In this document: positions 54,214 to 62,886 of the stretch, piece by piece
How positions within the stretch are numbered: the stretch's first letter is position 1
How the letters are laid out: every line of letters begins with the position of its first letter
Virus record (IMG/VR): IMGVR_UViG_3300030376_004602
Span: 1-64,000 of that record
Length of the DNA stretch: 64,000 nt
Direction: 5' to 3' (one strand)
Source: a virus
Taxonomy: Duplodnaviria > Caudoviricetes
Notes under the pieces: generated by a model
Seen by the model: only the letters and a program-made list of their open reading frames with translations
What the model was told of the DNA's origin: nothing
Database searches by the model: none
Program-made: the position numbers and the translations under genes

Positions 54214-55289
54214 TATGTATTTATATTAAAATAGTTTAGAACTTTTTTCACAAGATCAGGTCTTGCTTTTAACTCGTCTGCAGTTGGTAGCTCTTTTAGT
54301 TTACCGACTGCGCCAATAAAGCCCATGGCTATATCGACATTGTCTATACCGTCTCGATTCTTAAGGACAGAGATACCTCTGTAGAAAGAACCGAAGGTAT
54401 TCATATCATAGCCATTGTGATTAGCAAGCCTATGACGAATAGGATTGAACAAAGCAACAACAGTATCAGCATCTTGCGCTGGGTTACCACTGTCTTTGAA
54501 ATCTGATAACTGAGGGTCAGGGTGCGAATTAGATTTTCTATCCATACCCTCGATAGATCTGTTGAACTGACTAACCACAACAGGAGAAAAGCCACATCTG
54601 TTACGGAACTTAATAAGCATCTCCGATAAATCGTCAATAGCTTTCTTCTTATTTCCTCCATGATCTTTGTTAGGTGTAATCAAACCTACGTGGTCTATCA
54701 CTACTACAACGATAAGGTTAGGATCATGTTGAACAAAATCCCAGTGACCATTCTGTTGTTTAGTAACAGTACCAATCTCATTAGCTAGTTTAAGCAAGTC
54801 TTTGTAAACAAACAAAGGACTTACAGATCCATCCACAAACTCAACATGCTGAGTCAACATGTCAAAGTAATCTTGAGCTTCTCCTAGTAGTCTATCTTCT
54901 TCTGCAGATAGTCTATAGTTGCCTCGACCAAAGATTTTATTTACGCTAAGTAGATACTTACCTTCAGACTGTTCGAAAACTCTACGAGCCATTAGCTTAG
55001 CCATAAGAGGCATAGTCGCCATCTCTAGGTTGTAATACTTTACTCTAAGCTTCAGTGGTTGTTCGTTAGACAACATGTACTCAATAGGGTTAATCACATA
55101 TGCATCTAGGACAGCAGAAGATTTACCAGTACCAGTACCTCCGCCCCATAGATCATAGCGACCTCTCTGAACATTGCAAATAACTTTAGTCAGACGATTG
55201 AACCCCATAGGCAGACCCTCATTCAGGCCTTGCTTACCTCGTTCAACCTCTTTCCAAAAGCGATCTTTAGTTTTCTGGATATCGCTCAT
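54213..55289 (-). CDS. dnaB: DnaB-like SF4 replicative helicase
   Basis: GGTGTGKS, YNLEM, VIDHVGL, VSQFNR, SDFKDSG, VLKNRDG. Confidence 0.85.
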   Translation of the reverse strand: MSDIQKTKDRFWKEVERGKQGLNEGLPMGFNRLTKVICNVQRGRYDLWGGGTGTGKSSAVLDAYVINPIEYMLSNEQPLKLRVKYYNLEMATMPLMAKLMARRVFEQSEGKYLLSVNKIFGRGNYRLSAEEDRLLGEAQDYFDMLTQHVEFVDGSVSPLFVYKDLLKLANEIGTVTKQQNGHWDFVQHDPNLIVVVVIDHVGLITPNKDHGGNKKKAIDDLSEMLIKFRNRCGFSPVVVSQFNRSIEGMDRKSNSHPDPQLSDFKDSGNPAQDADTVVALFNPIRHRLANHNGYDMNTFGSFYRGISVLKNRDGIDNVDIAMGFIGAVGKLKELPTADELKARPDLVKKVLNYFNINT

Positions 55290-55419
55290 GCTTTGACATC
55301 TGTAGTTCTTGATACTCTAGTTCTCGCTGCTGTCTTTCTGCAGCAACAATGTCAATAGCTTCATCATAAGACCTCTGCTCTTCATGCATTAGTCTCCATA
55401 CTTCCTTCATCCATCCCAT
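55267..55419 (-). CDS. 50-aa hypothetical protein (MGWMKEVWRL...), not in the ORF track
   Basis: TAATG overlap with the upstream stop; overlaps the helicase start. Confidence 0.6.
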   Translation of the reverse strand: MGWMKEVWRLMHEEQRSYDEAIDIVAAERQQRELEYQELQMSKHERYPEN

Positions 55420-55646
55420 TATTCTTTTTGTTTACCGGTTAATAATAATTCATAGACTATGTCCAATACTTCTCCATCGGATATATCTATATCGCTTTCT
55501 GTCATCTCCGTAAGAAAAGCTTTAGCTAGTTCAGTCTTAGCGTTATTCTCTAACGCGTTGGCTATTCTTTCTAAAGCTGTTATCATACGAGGAACGTCAC
55601 CCTCTATGAGCTTTCTGCCCATAAGAGTTTCGTGTAACTCTGCCAT
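55419..55646 (-). CDS. hypothetical protein
   Basis: 75-aa ORF tightly packed in the operon. Confidence 0.7.
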   Translation of the reverse strand: MAELHETLMGRKLIEGDVPRMITALERIANALENNAKTELAKAFLTEMTESDIDISDGEVLDIVYELLLTGKQKE

Positions 55647-55652
55647 AATAAT

Positions 55653-56198
55653 CTAGATTGTCTGCCTTCCAGCAGGGTTAAACTTCTCTTGTTTGTCTTC
55701 TAGCTCAGCTACCTCTTCACAGAATGTAGCAAGCCTAGAGTTTACAGAGTCTACATCTTTCTTACTTATTACATAGTCTGCTCTCTGCAGATATGTGTAG
55801 TTGTTACGACTCTCACTATTGATATACCTTTGGGCTGCCCCTAGTATCAAGTCTACACTAGCATAAGTAGGATATTCTTCTATAAACTTTTTCATCTTAA
55901 ATACACAAGCTTTTCTAGAGCCCATTGCACCAGACTTTTTGTTCCTAAATAGTTTACGATAATCGTCTATCCAAGACTCAATGTCTTTTACATTGGACTT
56001 ATCCTTAGTAGATAAGATAATCTTGCTGGGATCATCACTAGTATTCATGATGACCCCAGCCTCTACCATACGTGTTAGATCAATAGGGTAGTCAAACTCT
56101 TGTAGTTTATCATAAGCTTTCTCCTGTAGTAACTGCAGGTATACTTGCTCATTCGGACTCAACAGTTTCTTTTGCGGAAATTCTATTGCATATCTCAT
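55653..56198 (-). CDS. hypothetical protein
   Basis: 181-aa ORF between the two helicases; no motif recognised. Confidence 0.7.
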   Translation of the reverse strand: MRYAIEFPQKKLLSPNEQVYLQLLQEKAYDKLQEFDYPIDLTRMVEAGVIMNTSDDPSKIILSTKDKSNVKDIESWIDDYRKLFRNKKSGAMGSRKACVFKMKKFIEEYPTYASVDLILGAAQRYINSESRNNYTYLQRADYVISKKDVDSVNSRLATFCEEVAELEDKQEKFNPAGRQTI

Positions 56199-57351
56199 AT
56201 AGCTCTTCTGTCTTCAAGTAAGTAACATTTTTATCGTCCTTCTGCCTCTGCTCTAACCAGCGTTTCTCTTGTGTTCCCTCGCTATATAGATTAACTATGA
56301 TAGCATCCTTACCTTCCTTAGCACGAACAGTACGACCTGTCCGTTGTATATTGGTAAGCTTACTACTATAGCCAGCAGCCACAACAGCAAGAGAAAGATC
56401 TACAAAGTCAAAGCCCGCATCCAAAGCTTGGACGGAGGAAATAACACGAGTAGAAGAGTCCTGATCCATGAAGTTCTCAAGGATCTCTTTCTGCTTTTTC
56501 TTTCCTAACTTACTGTGAAATGTTACAGCTTCTTCTCCGATGGATTCAGTGATCTCATCGGCGAAACCGATTGATTGCGAGAAGATTATCCCGTATCTGT
56601 CGGGGCATAAAGATACAATATTTTTTACAATTTCTATCTTATTTGGGTTGTTGATACATAGCTTTTTTCTAGCATTCATATGCTTGTAATACAGAGCACT
56701 GAGCTGCCTTTGTTTACCGTCGCCGTGTATCCTCCAGGTGTTGGCTACAGTCATCGAGGGACCATGCTGACTAAGCTTCATAGCTATTCCTCTGAACTGT
56801 CTATCAGCCTTGCCATACTCAGCCATAAGATCAGCAGGCATTTCAACAGGTACATTGTAAATCTTGTATGGACTAATCCATCCATTCTTTACACACTCGT
56901 CGAACTTAACCTCATCAAACACAGGATACCTATCTAGTATCTCTTGATGCCTACCATCTGTTCTCTCGATAGTAGCACTAAGACCTAGAAAGTATTTGTG
57001 CTTTATGTCTAGTATAACATCTCTAGTATCCGTCGGAACAGTATGTACCTCATCACAAATGAGAAGGTCACATGCGTATTCTTCAGGTCTCATAGCTGCT
57101 GTATTGTTTACCACTACAGTAGTAAAATCTTTGATTCCAAACTTTTGTAGTTCTTCTGTCCACTGATCTTTCAATACTATAGTAGGTACAGTAACAGTAG
57201 CTGTATCTATTAGGCCTTTCTTCTTCAAGCCTTTGATTGCCATCATAGCTATTCGAGTCTTACCAAAACCTGTTACAGCCTGTAAGCACCCTTGATAACC
57301 TTGTACGGTCCAAGCATTTAAAGACTGCTTTTGTCTTTCATCTCTAGTCAT
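56149..57351 (-). CDS. superfamily 2 helicase
   Basis: TGFGKT, ICDEVH, LSAT, DAGFD, QRTGRTVR. Confidence 0.92.
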   Translation of the reverse strand: MTRDERQKQSLNAWTVQGYQGCLQAVTGFGKTRIAMMAIKGLKKKGLIDTATVTVPTIVLKDQWTEELQKFGIKDFTTVVVNNTAAMRPEEYACDLLICDEVHTVPTDTRDVILDIKHKYFLGLSATIERTDGRHQEILDRYPVFDEVKFDECVKNGWISPYKIYNVPVEMPADLMAEYGKADRQFRGIAMKLSQHGPSMTVANTWRIHGDGKQRQLSALYYKHMNARKKLCINNPNKIEIVKNIVSLCPDRYGIIFSQSIGFADEITESIGEEAVTFHSKLGKKKQKEILENFMDQDSSTRVISSVQALDAGFDFVDLSLAVVAAGYSSKLTNIQRTGRTVRAKEGKDAIIVNLYSEGTQEKRWLEQRQKDDKNVTYLKTEELYEICNRISAKETVESE

Positions 57352-57752
57352 TCTAATAGATTTAGGTAATGTTCGTATTTATTTTTGTAGGCAGGGTATA
57401 CATCTATTCTACCCTCTATCTTTTGTACAGCATAGACAATAGTAGAATGATCTACAGAAGCAAAGTATGTAGCTATCTTCTTGAAGGTCATACCTGTAAG
57501 TTTTCTTAACAAAAACATACACCAGTGTCTAGGTGCAACAAGATGTCCTTTTCTAGATATACTAAGTACATCATCTACTCTTTCCTTATAGTCTCTACAG
57601 ACAATAGTTATTATTCTACAGCCTTCATCGTCGGTAGGATTGAGCAAAAAAGCGGGAGGCAAAACCTCCCGTGCTTTTATATCATAAACTACTTCTAATC
57701 TATCTGGCTTAGCCATACCTACAAAGAAGTATGGGTGTATTACTTTTGCCAA
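57348..57752 (-). CDS. stand-alone DnaA C-terminal (domain IV)-like HTH protein
   Basis: SRKGHLVAPRHWCMFLLRKLTGMTFKKIA.YF..VDHSTIVYAV.KI pattern of DnaA domain IV. Confidence 0.8.
   Translation of the reverse strand: MAKVIHPYFFVGMAKPDRLEVVYDIKAREVLPPAFLLNPTDDEGCRIITIVCRDYKERVDDVLSISRKGHLVAPRHWCMFLLRKLTGMTFKKIATYFASVDHSTIVYAVQKIEGRIDVYPAYKNKYEHYLNLLE
57646..57671 (-). terminator. intrinsic terminator-like hairpin about 70 nt after the polA stop, inside the DnaA-C gene
   Basis: CGGGAGG-ttttg-CCTCCCG stem then C-UUUUUU on the minus strand. Confidence 0.55.
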
Positions 57753-59725
57753 TGATCTGATATTTCTGGATCAGCAATCATAGGAATCCGTCGCATAAAT
57801 TTATTAGCGCCTTCTTCCATAAACTGCTTGACCTTTGGTTCAACAATAGTTACTAGTTCTTCAGGGCACTCGACAACTATCTCGTCATGGACTAGGTTAA
57901 CAACCTTAACCACTCCGAAGTAATTATTGTCAAGTATCCATTTGAATAGCTTGATACCAGCATACTTAGTCTGAGAAGCAGCAGTACCTTGAATCACATA
58001 GTTCAAACCTTTACGCTCGATCATACCTTTTAGTTTAAAGTATTCTCTAACAGTAGGTTTGTAATGATTCTTGAACTCTGCAGTCTCAAATGATTTATGC
58101 TGACGATAATCATCCCAGAAACCTGGTTCGTTTATAGTCGTATCTAGTTCCTGGTAGTCATCGAAGAAGTCGATGAATGACTTACGGCCACTAACAGAAT
58201 CAATAAGAACATACCCAAACTCTAGTGGTTTCTTCTTAGCCATCTCAAAATAACTCTTAAGTCCACTGAAGGCAGCGAAGTAATCCTCCTCTGCTTTCTT
58301 AGCTATATCAATAGGAATGTTCAGGTTTCTACTAACTGTTTCACCTGTCCCACCATAAGCTAGTGCAAAGTTGAAGCCCTTCATTACCTGCCTCTTATCC
58401 TTATGGAACTTCTTGATGTCCTCCAGTGTGACAGATGCTAGCTCCTTGTATACTACCTGGGCAGCATACGAATGAAGATCAGCCCCACCAGTTGTGTAGA
58501 ACTTCACAAGGTTAGGTTCATTAGATATATCAGCAAGTATTCTAGACTCTTGAGACGCATAGTCACAAACAATCATCTTGTTACCTTTCTCTGCAGTAAA
58601 ACAACTCCGATGTCTATCGTCACTAGGTATCTGCTGTAGATTAGGACTATTAGTACGTCTATCCCCGCAAGACATACGACCAGTATCTTTGATCTGTCTA
58701 AATGTAGTATGCACCCTACCAGTCTCAGAGTTTATTGACTTCAGGATACTTTCACCAAAGGCACTTACAAGCTTAGTAGCTTTACTGTAAGCACGATAGG
58801 TCTTCAGTATCTCGAACTTATCTATCTGAGATTCTAGTAGTCGTATATCTACACTGTGTTTGTTCTCCTTAGCATCATAGGTATCTATACCTACAGCCTT
58901 AAAGAGTTCCAACACTTGCTTATCAGACTTCCAGTTGATAGAGCACTTAAGTCCTTCAGAGAACAGATCTAGTTGGTTATCTACGAACTTGCTGTTAGGA
59001 TAATGTTTCATCACCCAATCGCCTAGTTCCTTTTCTAACCTAGCTTGTTCACTGCTATCTTCCTCCATCTTCTTAGACCAGCTCTGTGAGTCAAGATAGA
59101 TACCGAAGTACTCAATGTAAGCAAGAGCTACAACGAACTTATTCTCGAGAGCCATACATCTAGAAAGATCATTGTTATCAAGGGCTAGTTCCTGTGATTC
59201 TTTCAGACTGTGCAGATATTGCACGTCGGCTGCAGAATACTGGATAACTCTTGTCGAGTATCTTTCTTTATGTATTAGTCCTCGGATCTCTTTTTGTAGC
59301 TGTACTTTTAAGTATCTTCGCAGACATCCATCAAGACCACGGTAGCCAGCAGGCTTCTTCATACCAGTAGTCAGGACAGTCTCGGCTAGGAAAGTGTCAA
59401 AGACTTTGGTACATATGAAACCTTGTTTGAATAGAAACCGGAGATCGAACTTAGCATTATGCATAATAAGAGTTCGATTCTCCAGCACATTCTTAAGAGG
59501 GCTAATGTCTACTGTTGCAACATCAATCACATATTCATTAGTACCAGTGCCTATCTGTAAATAGATAAGCCCACAGGTATGAGGATCAAAGCCCTCAGTT
59601 TCTGTATCGACAGCGAGTACTCGGTAATCCGAGATATCATCTATCATAGCTGACAGAGACCTATGCTGAATAGTCGGGGGATAGGAACTAAAAAGCTCCA
59701 TCTGATTTGTTACAAAGTAAGTCAT
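57740..59725 (-). CDS. polA: family A DNA polymerase with 3'-5' exonuclease domain
   Basis: VDTETEG, HNAKFD, PNLQQIP, DYASQE, KGFNFALAYG (Phe at the E. coli 762 position), IQGTAA, VHDE. Confidence 0.95.
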   Translation of the reverse strand: MTYFVTNQMELFSSYPPTIQHRSLSAMIDDISDYRVLAVDTETEGFDPHTCGLIYLQIGTGTNEYVIDVATVDISPLKNVLENRTLIMHNAKFDLRFLFKQGFICTKVFDTFLAETVLTTGMKKPAGYRGLDGCLRRYLKVQLQKEIRGLIHKERYSTRVIQYSAADVQYLHSLKESQELALDNNDLSRCMALENKFVVALAYIEYFGIYLDSQSWSKKMEEDSSEQARLEKELGDWVMKHYPNSKFVDNQLDLFSEGLKCSINWKSDKQVLELFKAVGIDTYDAKENKHSVDIRLLESQIDKFEILKTYRAYSKATKLVSAFGESILKSINSETGRVHTTFRQIKDTGRMSCGDRRTNSPNLQQIPSDDRHRSCFTAEKGNKMIVCDYASQESRILADISNEPNLVKFYTTGGADLHSYAAQVVYKELASVTLEDIKKFHKDKRQVMKGFNFALAYGGTGETVSRNLNIPIDIAKKAEEDYFAAFSGLKSYFEMAKKKPLEFGYVLIDSVSGRKSFIDFFDDYQELDTTINEPGFWDDYRQHKSFETAEFKNHYKPTVREYFKLKGMIERKGLNYVIQGTAASQTKYAGIKLFKWILDNNYFGVVKVVNLVHDEIVVECPEELVTIVEPKVKQFMEEGANKFMRRIPMIADPEISDHWQK

Positions 59726-59727
59726 AG

Positions 59728-59949
59728 TTATAAGTTTTGTGAGTCTTCTAACTCTTCATAAAGTTCTTCTTCCATTCGAGATATCACAATAGGTGATATA
59801 ATCTCATAGATAGATTCTTCTTTATGAACTACGTCAATTATATCTACGTATCCATCTGACCCAGGATCAAGATGAGTTTGAGGTATAAACTTGTAAAAAT
59901 CAAGCTCGATGTCTAACTCTATGCCGTCGTATGTATGTGTTATTTTCAT
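59728..59949 (-). CDS. small acidic hypothetical protein
   Basis: 73-aa ORF, ATGA-coupled. Confidence 0.7.
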   Translation of the reverse strand: MKITHTYDGIELDIELDFYKFIPQTHLDPGSDGYVDIIDVVHKEESIYEIISPIVISRMEEELYEELEDSQNL

Positions 59950-60137
59950 AGTAGTTCAGCATTAGTTATGTAAACAGCTCTACCTGATCTCTCTAAACCT
60001 TCAGCATACTCTATTGCATCTTCCATCTTGTAGAAGCAGGTCGAGTATTGTACGTCATCAAATTTTGTGTATGTAACTATATGTACATAATTTTCTCTGG
60101 TGACGTTTCTCCACCAACGTGCAATCCATCTAAACAT
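59946..60137 (-). CDS. hypothetical protein (probable ATG 60137)
   Basis: ATG overlaps the end of the MazG-like gene. Confidence 0.6.
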   Translation of the reverse strand: MFRWIARWWRNVTRENYVHIVTYTKFDDVQYSTCFYKMEDAIEYAEGLERSGRAVYITNAELL

Positions 60138-60444
60138 CAGTATCATCCTTGATGAATACTCCATCGACGGTTTTACCTGTACGATTCTTAATCTCATTCC
60201 AAGCTTGGTTTAAACATTCCTGAGGAGTCATACCCAACTGGTGAGCTAGGATAATAAGAGTAACAAAAGTATCTCCAATACCATCTTTGATCTCCTCTTC
60301 TTTATTTTTAGCAATAGCACCTGCAGTCTCACCAAGTTCTTCTACTACTTTTAGCATCTGATGAGGTGCATTAAACGAAAACAGAAGACGCTTGTCTTCT
60401 GCCCACTTGCGAACATTCTCGCACAGTTGATCCATATTTTCCAT
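60130..60444 (-). CDS. MazG-like all-alpha NTP pyrophosphohydrolase
   Basis: QMLKVVEELGE...KDGIGD acidic motif; C-terminal AW.EIK.R.GK..DG.FIK. Confidence 0.85.
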   Translation of the reverse strand: MENMDQLCENVRKWAEDKRLLFSFNAPHQMLKVVEELGETAGAIAKNKEEEIKDGIGDTFVTLIILAHQLGMTPQECLNQAWNEIKNRTGKTVDGVFIKDDTDV

Positions 60445-60448
60445 AACC

Positions 60449-60616
60449 TTACTCTTCTTTTAGTGTGTATAACATATGTCCTAGCCAATCATGAATCTGT
60501 TCTAGAGTCATTACAGGCTTACCACCTTCATCTAAGAAGGCTAGATACTCGTAGATCTCCCTGCACACCTGGTCTGGTGTACTAGGATACTTATCGACTT
60601 CATTTACTTCAGTCAT
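60449..60616 (-). CDS. 55-aa hypothetical protein (MTEVNEVDKYP...), not in the ORF track
   Basis: Translated by hand; AT-rich leader; fills the gap. Confidence 0.65.
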   Translation of the reverse strand: MTEVNEVDKYPSTPDQVCREIYEYLAFLDEGGKPVMTLEQIHDWLGHMLYTLKEE

Positions 60617-60625
60617 AATCTTAAT

Positions 60626-60727
60626 TTAATTGGTTGTTAAATAAATAAGTAACCTCATAATAGCAGCTATCGCTATTATAAAAGTTATTGCTTGAATAAG
60701 AACTATTCTATTCTCTTGAGGATTCAT
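60626..60727 (-). CDS. 33-aa single-TM peptide (MNPQENRIVLIQAITFIIAIAAIMRLLIYLTTN)
   Basis: Translated by hand; hydrophobic core; AT-rich leader. Confidence 0.5.
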   Translation of the reverse strand: MNPQENRIVLIQAITFIIAIAAIMRLLIYLTTN

Positions 60728-60807
60728 CTCTAGTTTAGTTTAAAAATTTAGGGGAGGCTACTAAAGTATAACCAGCGACTGTTTTAAATTAGTATATATT
60801 CCTCCCC

Positions 60808-61023
60808 TTATTCTAGTGTATCTTCTAATGCTTTACCAGCATTCGACAAATATAAGCTAAGCTCATCACTTCCAATAGTTACATCTAACATCTTATCTAG
60901 ATCTTTCTGTAAGGTATTGATAGTATGTTTCAGCCTATGTTTAAACCTCGTATCATAAGATGCTTCATCTAACAGCTCTTGTAAGAGTGTAGATACTACG
61001 TATATTTTAACTTCAACGTTCAT
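60808..61023 (-). CDS. hypothetical helical protein
   Basis: 71-aa ORF, ATGA-coupled. Confidence 0.65.
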   Translation of the reverse strand: MNVEVKIYVVSTLLQELLDEASYDTRFKHRLKHTINTLQKDLDKMLDVTIGSDELSLYLSNAGKALEDTLE

Positions 61024-61352
61024 ACTCTTAGTCCTATTTCTTTCATAAACTTTTTAATTTTTAAAGGCTTAACCCCTGAAAGTCTACGCATTTTATTTTC
61101 TCTACTAAGCTTTTTCCACGCACGAGTACTTCCAACTAACTTAATCAATGTACGATCAACCCTACTTTTCTTAACTCCAAAGTAGTCTGCTACTTCTTGC
61201 ATAGTATATCCAGAAACATACATCCTAAAGTAGTTCTTAACCTCTTCAGGACTTCTAGGATCCTTTATTGCCCTAGCATGAGTTCTTATAGCCTTTACAG
61301 CTAAGTCTCTTTTTAATTTTTCAGGTAATTTTACCAGCTTTACTCTTTCCAT
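61020..61352 (-). CDS. HTH DNA-binding protein (sigma region-4-like)
   Basis: GYTMQEVADYFGVKKSRVDRTL helix-turn-helix. Confidence 0.7.
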   Translation of the reverse strand: MERVKLVKLPEKLKRDLAVKAIRTHARAIKDPRSPEEVKNYFRMYVSGYTMQEVADYFGVKKSRVDRTLIKLVGSTRAWKKLSRENKMRRLSGVKPLKIKKFMKEIGLRV

Positions 61353-61380
61353 AATATTTTAACTTCTAAGTTCGTTTTAG

Positions 61381-61389
61381 TAAATTTGT
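61381..61389 (+). promoter_or_regulatory. Bacteroidota -7 element TAAATTTGT for the lone plus-strand gene
   Basis: The G of TTTG is 5 nt before ATG 61394. Confidence 0.6.
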
Positions 61390-61393
61390 ATTT

Positions 61394-61711
61394 ATGCCGA
61401 AAAACTCATTAGCTGGTAAGCGAACAGGTAAGTCTAAGACAGCCAAGCACTATGCAAAGAATGCAAAGTCAAGAGCAAAGAAGAAGAAGTATGACAGTGA
61501 ATATAACAAGTCAAAGTCAGCTACCAAGAAAAGAGTAGAGGCCAACAAAGCTAATAAGAAAGCTGGTACCTACGGCAATAAAGATAAAAAGGATGCGTCC
61601 CATACAAAGTCAGGACGTATTGTTCAAGAATCTAGATCCAAGAATAGAGCAAGAAATGGAGCGACCAAAGGCCGCCCCAAAACTGCTCGGAGAAAGAATA
61701 CTAGGAAGTAA
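61394..61711 (+). CDS. highly basic 105-aa protein with degenerate HNH-like (His-Me finger) C-terminus
   Basis: K/R-rich; KDKKDASH.KSG...ES.S.NRARNG resembles the GDGKDv.H...NR.RN pattern of minimal phage HNH-like proteins. Confidence 0.65.
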   Translation: MPKNSLAGKRTGKSKTAKHYAKNAKSRAKKKKYDSEYNKSKSATKKRVEANKANKKAGTYGNKDKKDASHTKSGRIVQESRSKNRARNGATKGRPKTARRKNTRK

Positions 61712-62263
61712 TTACTTACCTACTATATCATCCAGATTCAAGGATTGTGGTACCTTACCAAACACAGCGTTAACTACATTTTGAGTAGGCGAGATAAACT
61801 TGTTCTCAGGCTGTCCTGCAACAAGATCAGTGTGACGATACACAGGCTCGTCTTCTCCTGTCTCAGCATTATAAGCCGTTACAATCTCACCAGTACCTGG
61901 ATTAATCTTAGGCTGATGAGAGTTAGAGTAAGGATTCGCAGTAAAGTTCTCAGTCACCTGAATATTTACCTCCTGACCAAACATGTCATTAGCCAATATA
62001 GGCTGACCGTCTGTAACGAAGCTACCCTCCGTGCTGCCCAAGTGAGCTTGAGCTACATCAGAATTAAAACTAAAGATGGCAGTAACAGATTGCTTATTGC
62101 TACTACCTTGAGCAATAGCAAGCAAGCTATTATTTTCACCTTCTTTTTCTATCTGTTGCATAAACTGAACAGATACTTGATCTTTATCGCTGTTGTTATT
62201 ATACCACCAACGACGAACGACTACTTTGCCTGAGTCCAAGGCATTTACGAACAATGGGTTCAT
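61712..62263 (-). CDS. hypothetical beta-rich protein, likely highly expressed
   Basis: 183 aa; long AT-rich leader directly after a terminator. Confidence 0.75.
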   Translation of the reverse strand: MNPLFVNALDSGKVVVRRWWYNNNSDKDQVSVQFMQQIEKEGENNSLLAIAQGSSNKQSVTAIFSFNSDVAQAHLGSTEGSFVTDGQPILANDMFGQEVNIQVTENFTANPYSNSHQPKINPGTGEIVTAYNAETGEDEPVYRHTDLVAGQPENKFISPTQNVVNAVFGKVPQSLNLDDIVGK

Positions 62264-62288
62264 AGTTATAAAAATTAAATAAATAAAT

Positions 62289-62321
62289 AAAAAAAAATGA
62301 AGAGGAACTTAATCCTCTTCA
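62289..62321 (-). terminator. intrinsic terminator after 62309..62542
   Basis: TGAAGAGGA/TCCTCTTCA stem containing the stop codon, followed by a long U-tract on the minus strand. Confidence 0.75.
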
Positions 62322-62542
62322 AAATCATCATGATCTTCAAGACACGAAAGAACTTCAAGAGAGCTACCATGTTCAAGTAGTTCATCTTCAGGTATAGTCC
62401 TATACATTTGATAAGTACGCACTAGATCATCATACTTGTCCTTAGCTGCCAGATACTTTAGTTCATGATATCCCATATCATGCTTCAGTCTATCAGCTTC
62501 TTGCTTGAAGAGTTCTTTTAAAATCTCATGTGCTACTACCAT
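62309..62542 (-). CDS. hypothetical early protein
   Basis: 77-aa ORF. Confidence 0.7.
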   Translation of the reverse strand: MVVAHEILKELFKQEADRLKHDMGYHELKYLAAKDKYDDLVRTYQMYRTIPEDELLEHGSSLEVLSCLEDHDDFEED

Positions 62543-62546
62543 AGGC

Positions 62547-62855
62547 TTAGAAATAAATTGTTATACTTTCGTTTGACTTATTGATTACAGCTGTAGTAGC
62601 CTTATCGAGTATAGCATCCATAAACCTACTATACTCTGACTTTGTAATTGTTTGAGTACGAGGTACTTCAACAACCTTAGTCTCAACAGGCTTAGTCAGC
62701 TGTCTGTATCGATCTATTACAGATCTCTCTGTACGTCCCATGCTTCTAGCAAATCTATAACGTTGCTTAGAAGTCATGTTATCTAGTCCAGACTCAGCTA
62801 ATACTTTGAGGTCTGCGTTAGACCATCTTCTCTTAAAGGATTTTTTAGTTCCCAT
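62547..62855 (-). CDS. hypothetical early protein with Myb/HTH-like N-terminus
   Basis: RRWSNADLKVL...FARSMGRTERSVIDRY pattern. Confidence 0.6.
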   Translation of the reverse strand: MGTKKSFKRRWSNADLKVLAESGLDNMTSKQRYRFARSMGRTERSVIDRYRQLTKPVETKVVEVPRTQTITKSEYSRFMDAILDKATTAVINKSNESITIYF

Positions 62856-62886
62856 AATAAATAAAAATTAAATGTTAATTAAAAGA

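Noticed and set aside
58340-58390. PolA position-762 variant as a lifestyle marker
   Set aside because: Residue is the ordinary Phe (KGFNFALAYG); nothing unusual.
23789-59725. Group I/II introns or inteins in vRNAP, helicases, primase or PolA
   Set aside because: Reading frames are uninterrupted, motif spacing looks normal, and no intein C...HN[C/S/T] or LAGLIDADG blocks were recognised in the inserts.
52948-62886. Recurrent T(T/A)AATTTT(T)A motif 6-14 nt before several minus-strand ATGs
   Set aside because: Fits the known AT-rich, Shine-Dalgarno-free translation initiation regions of Bacteroidota; not evidence of a new promoter class.
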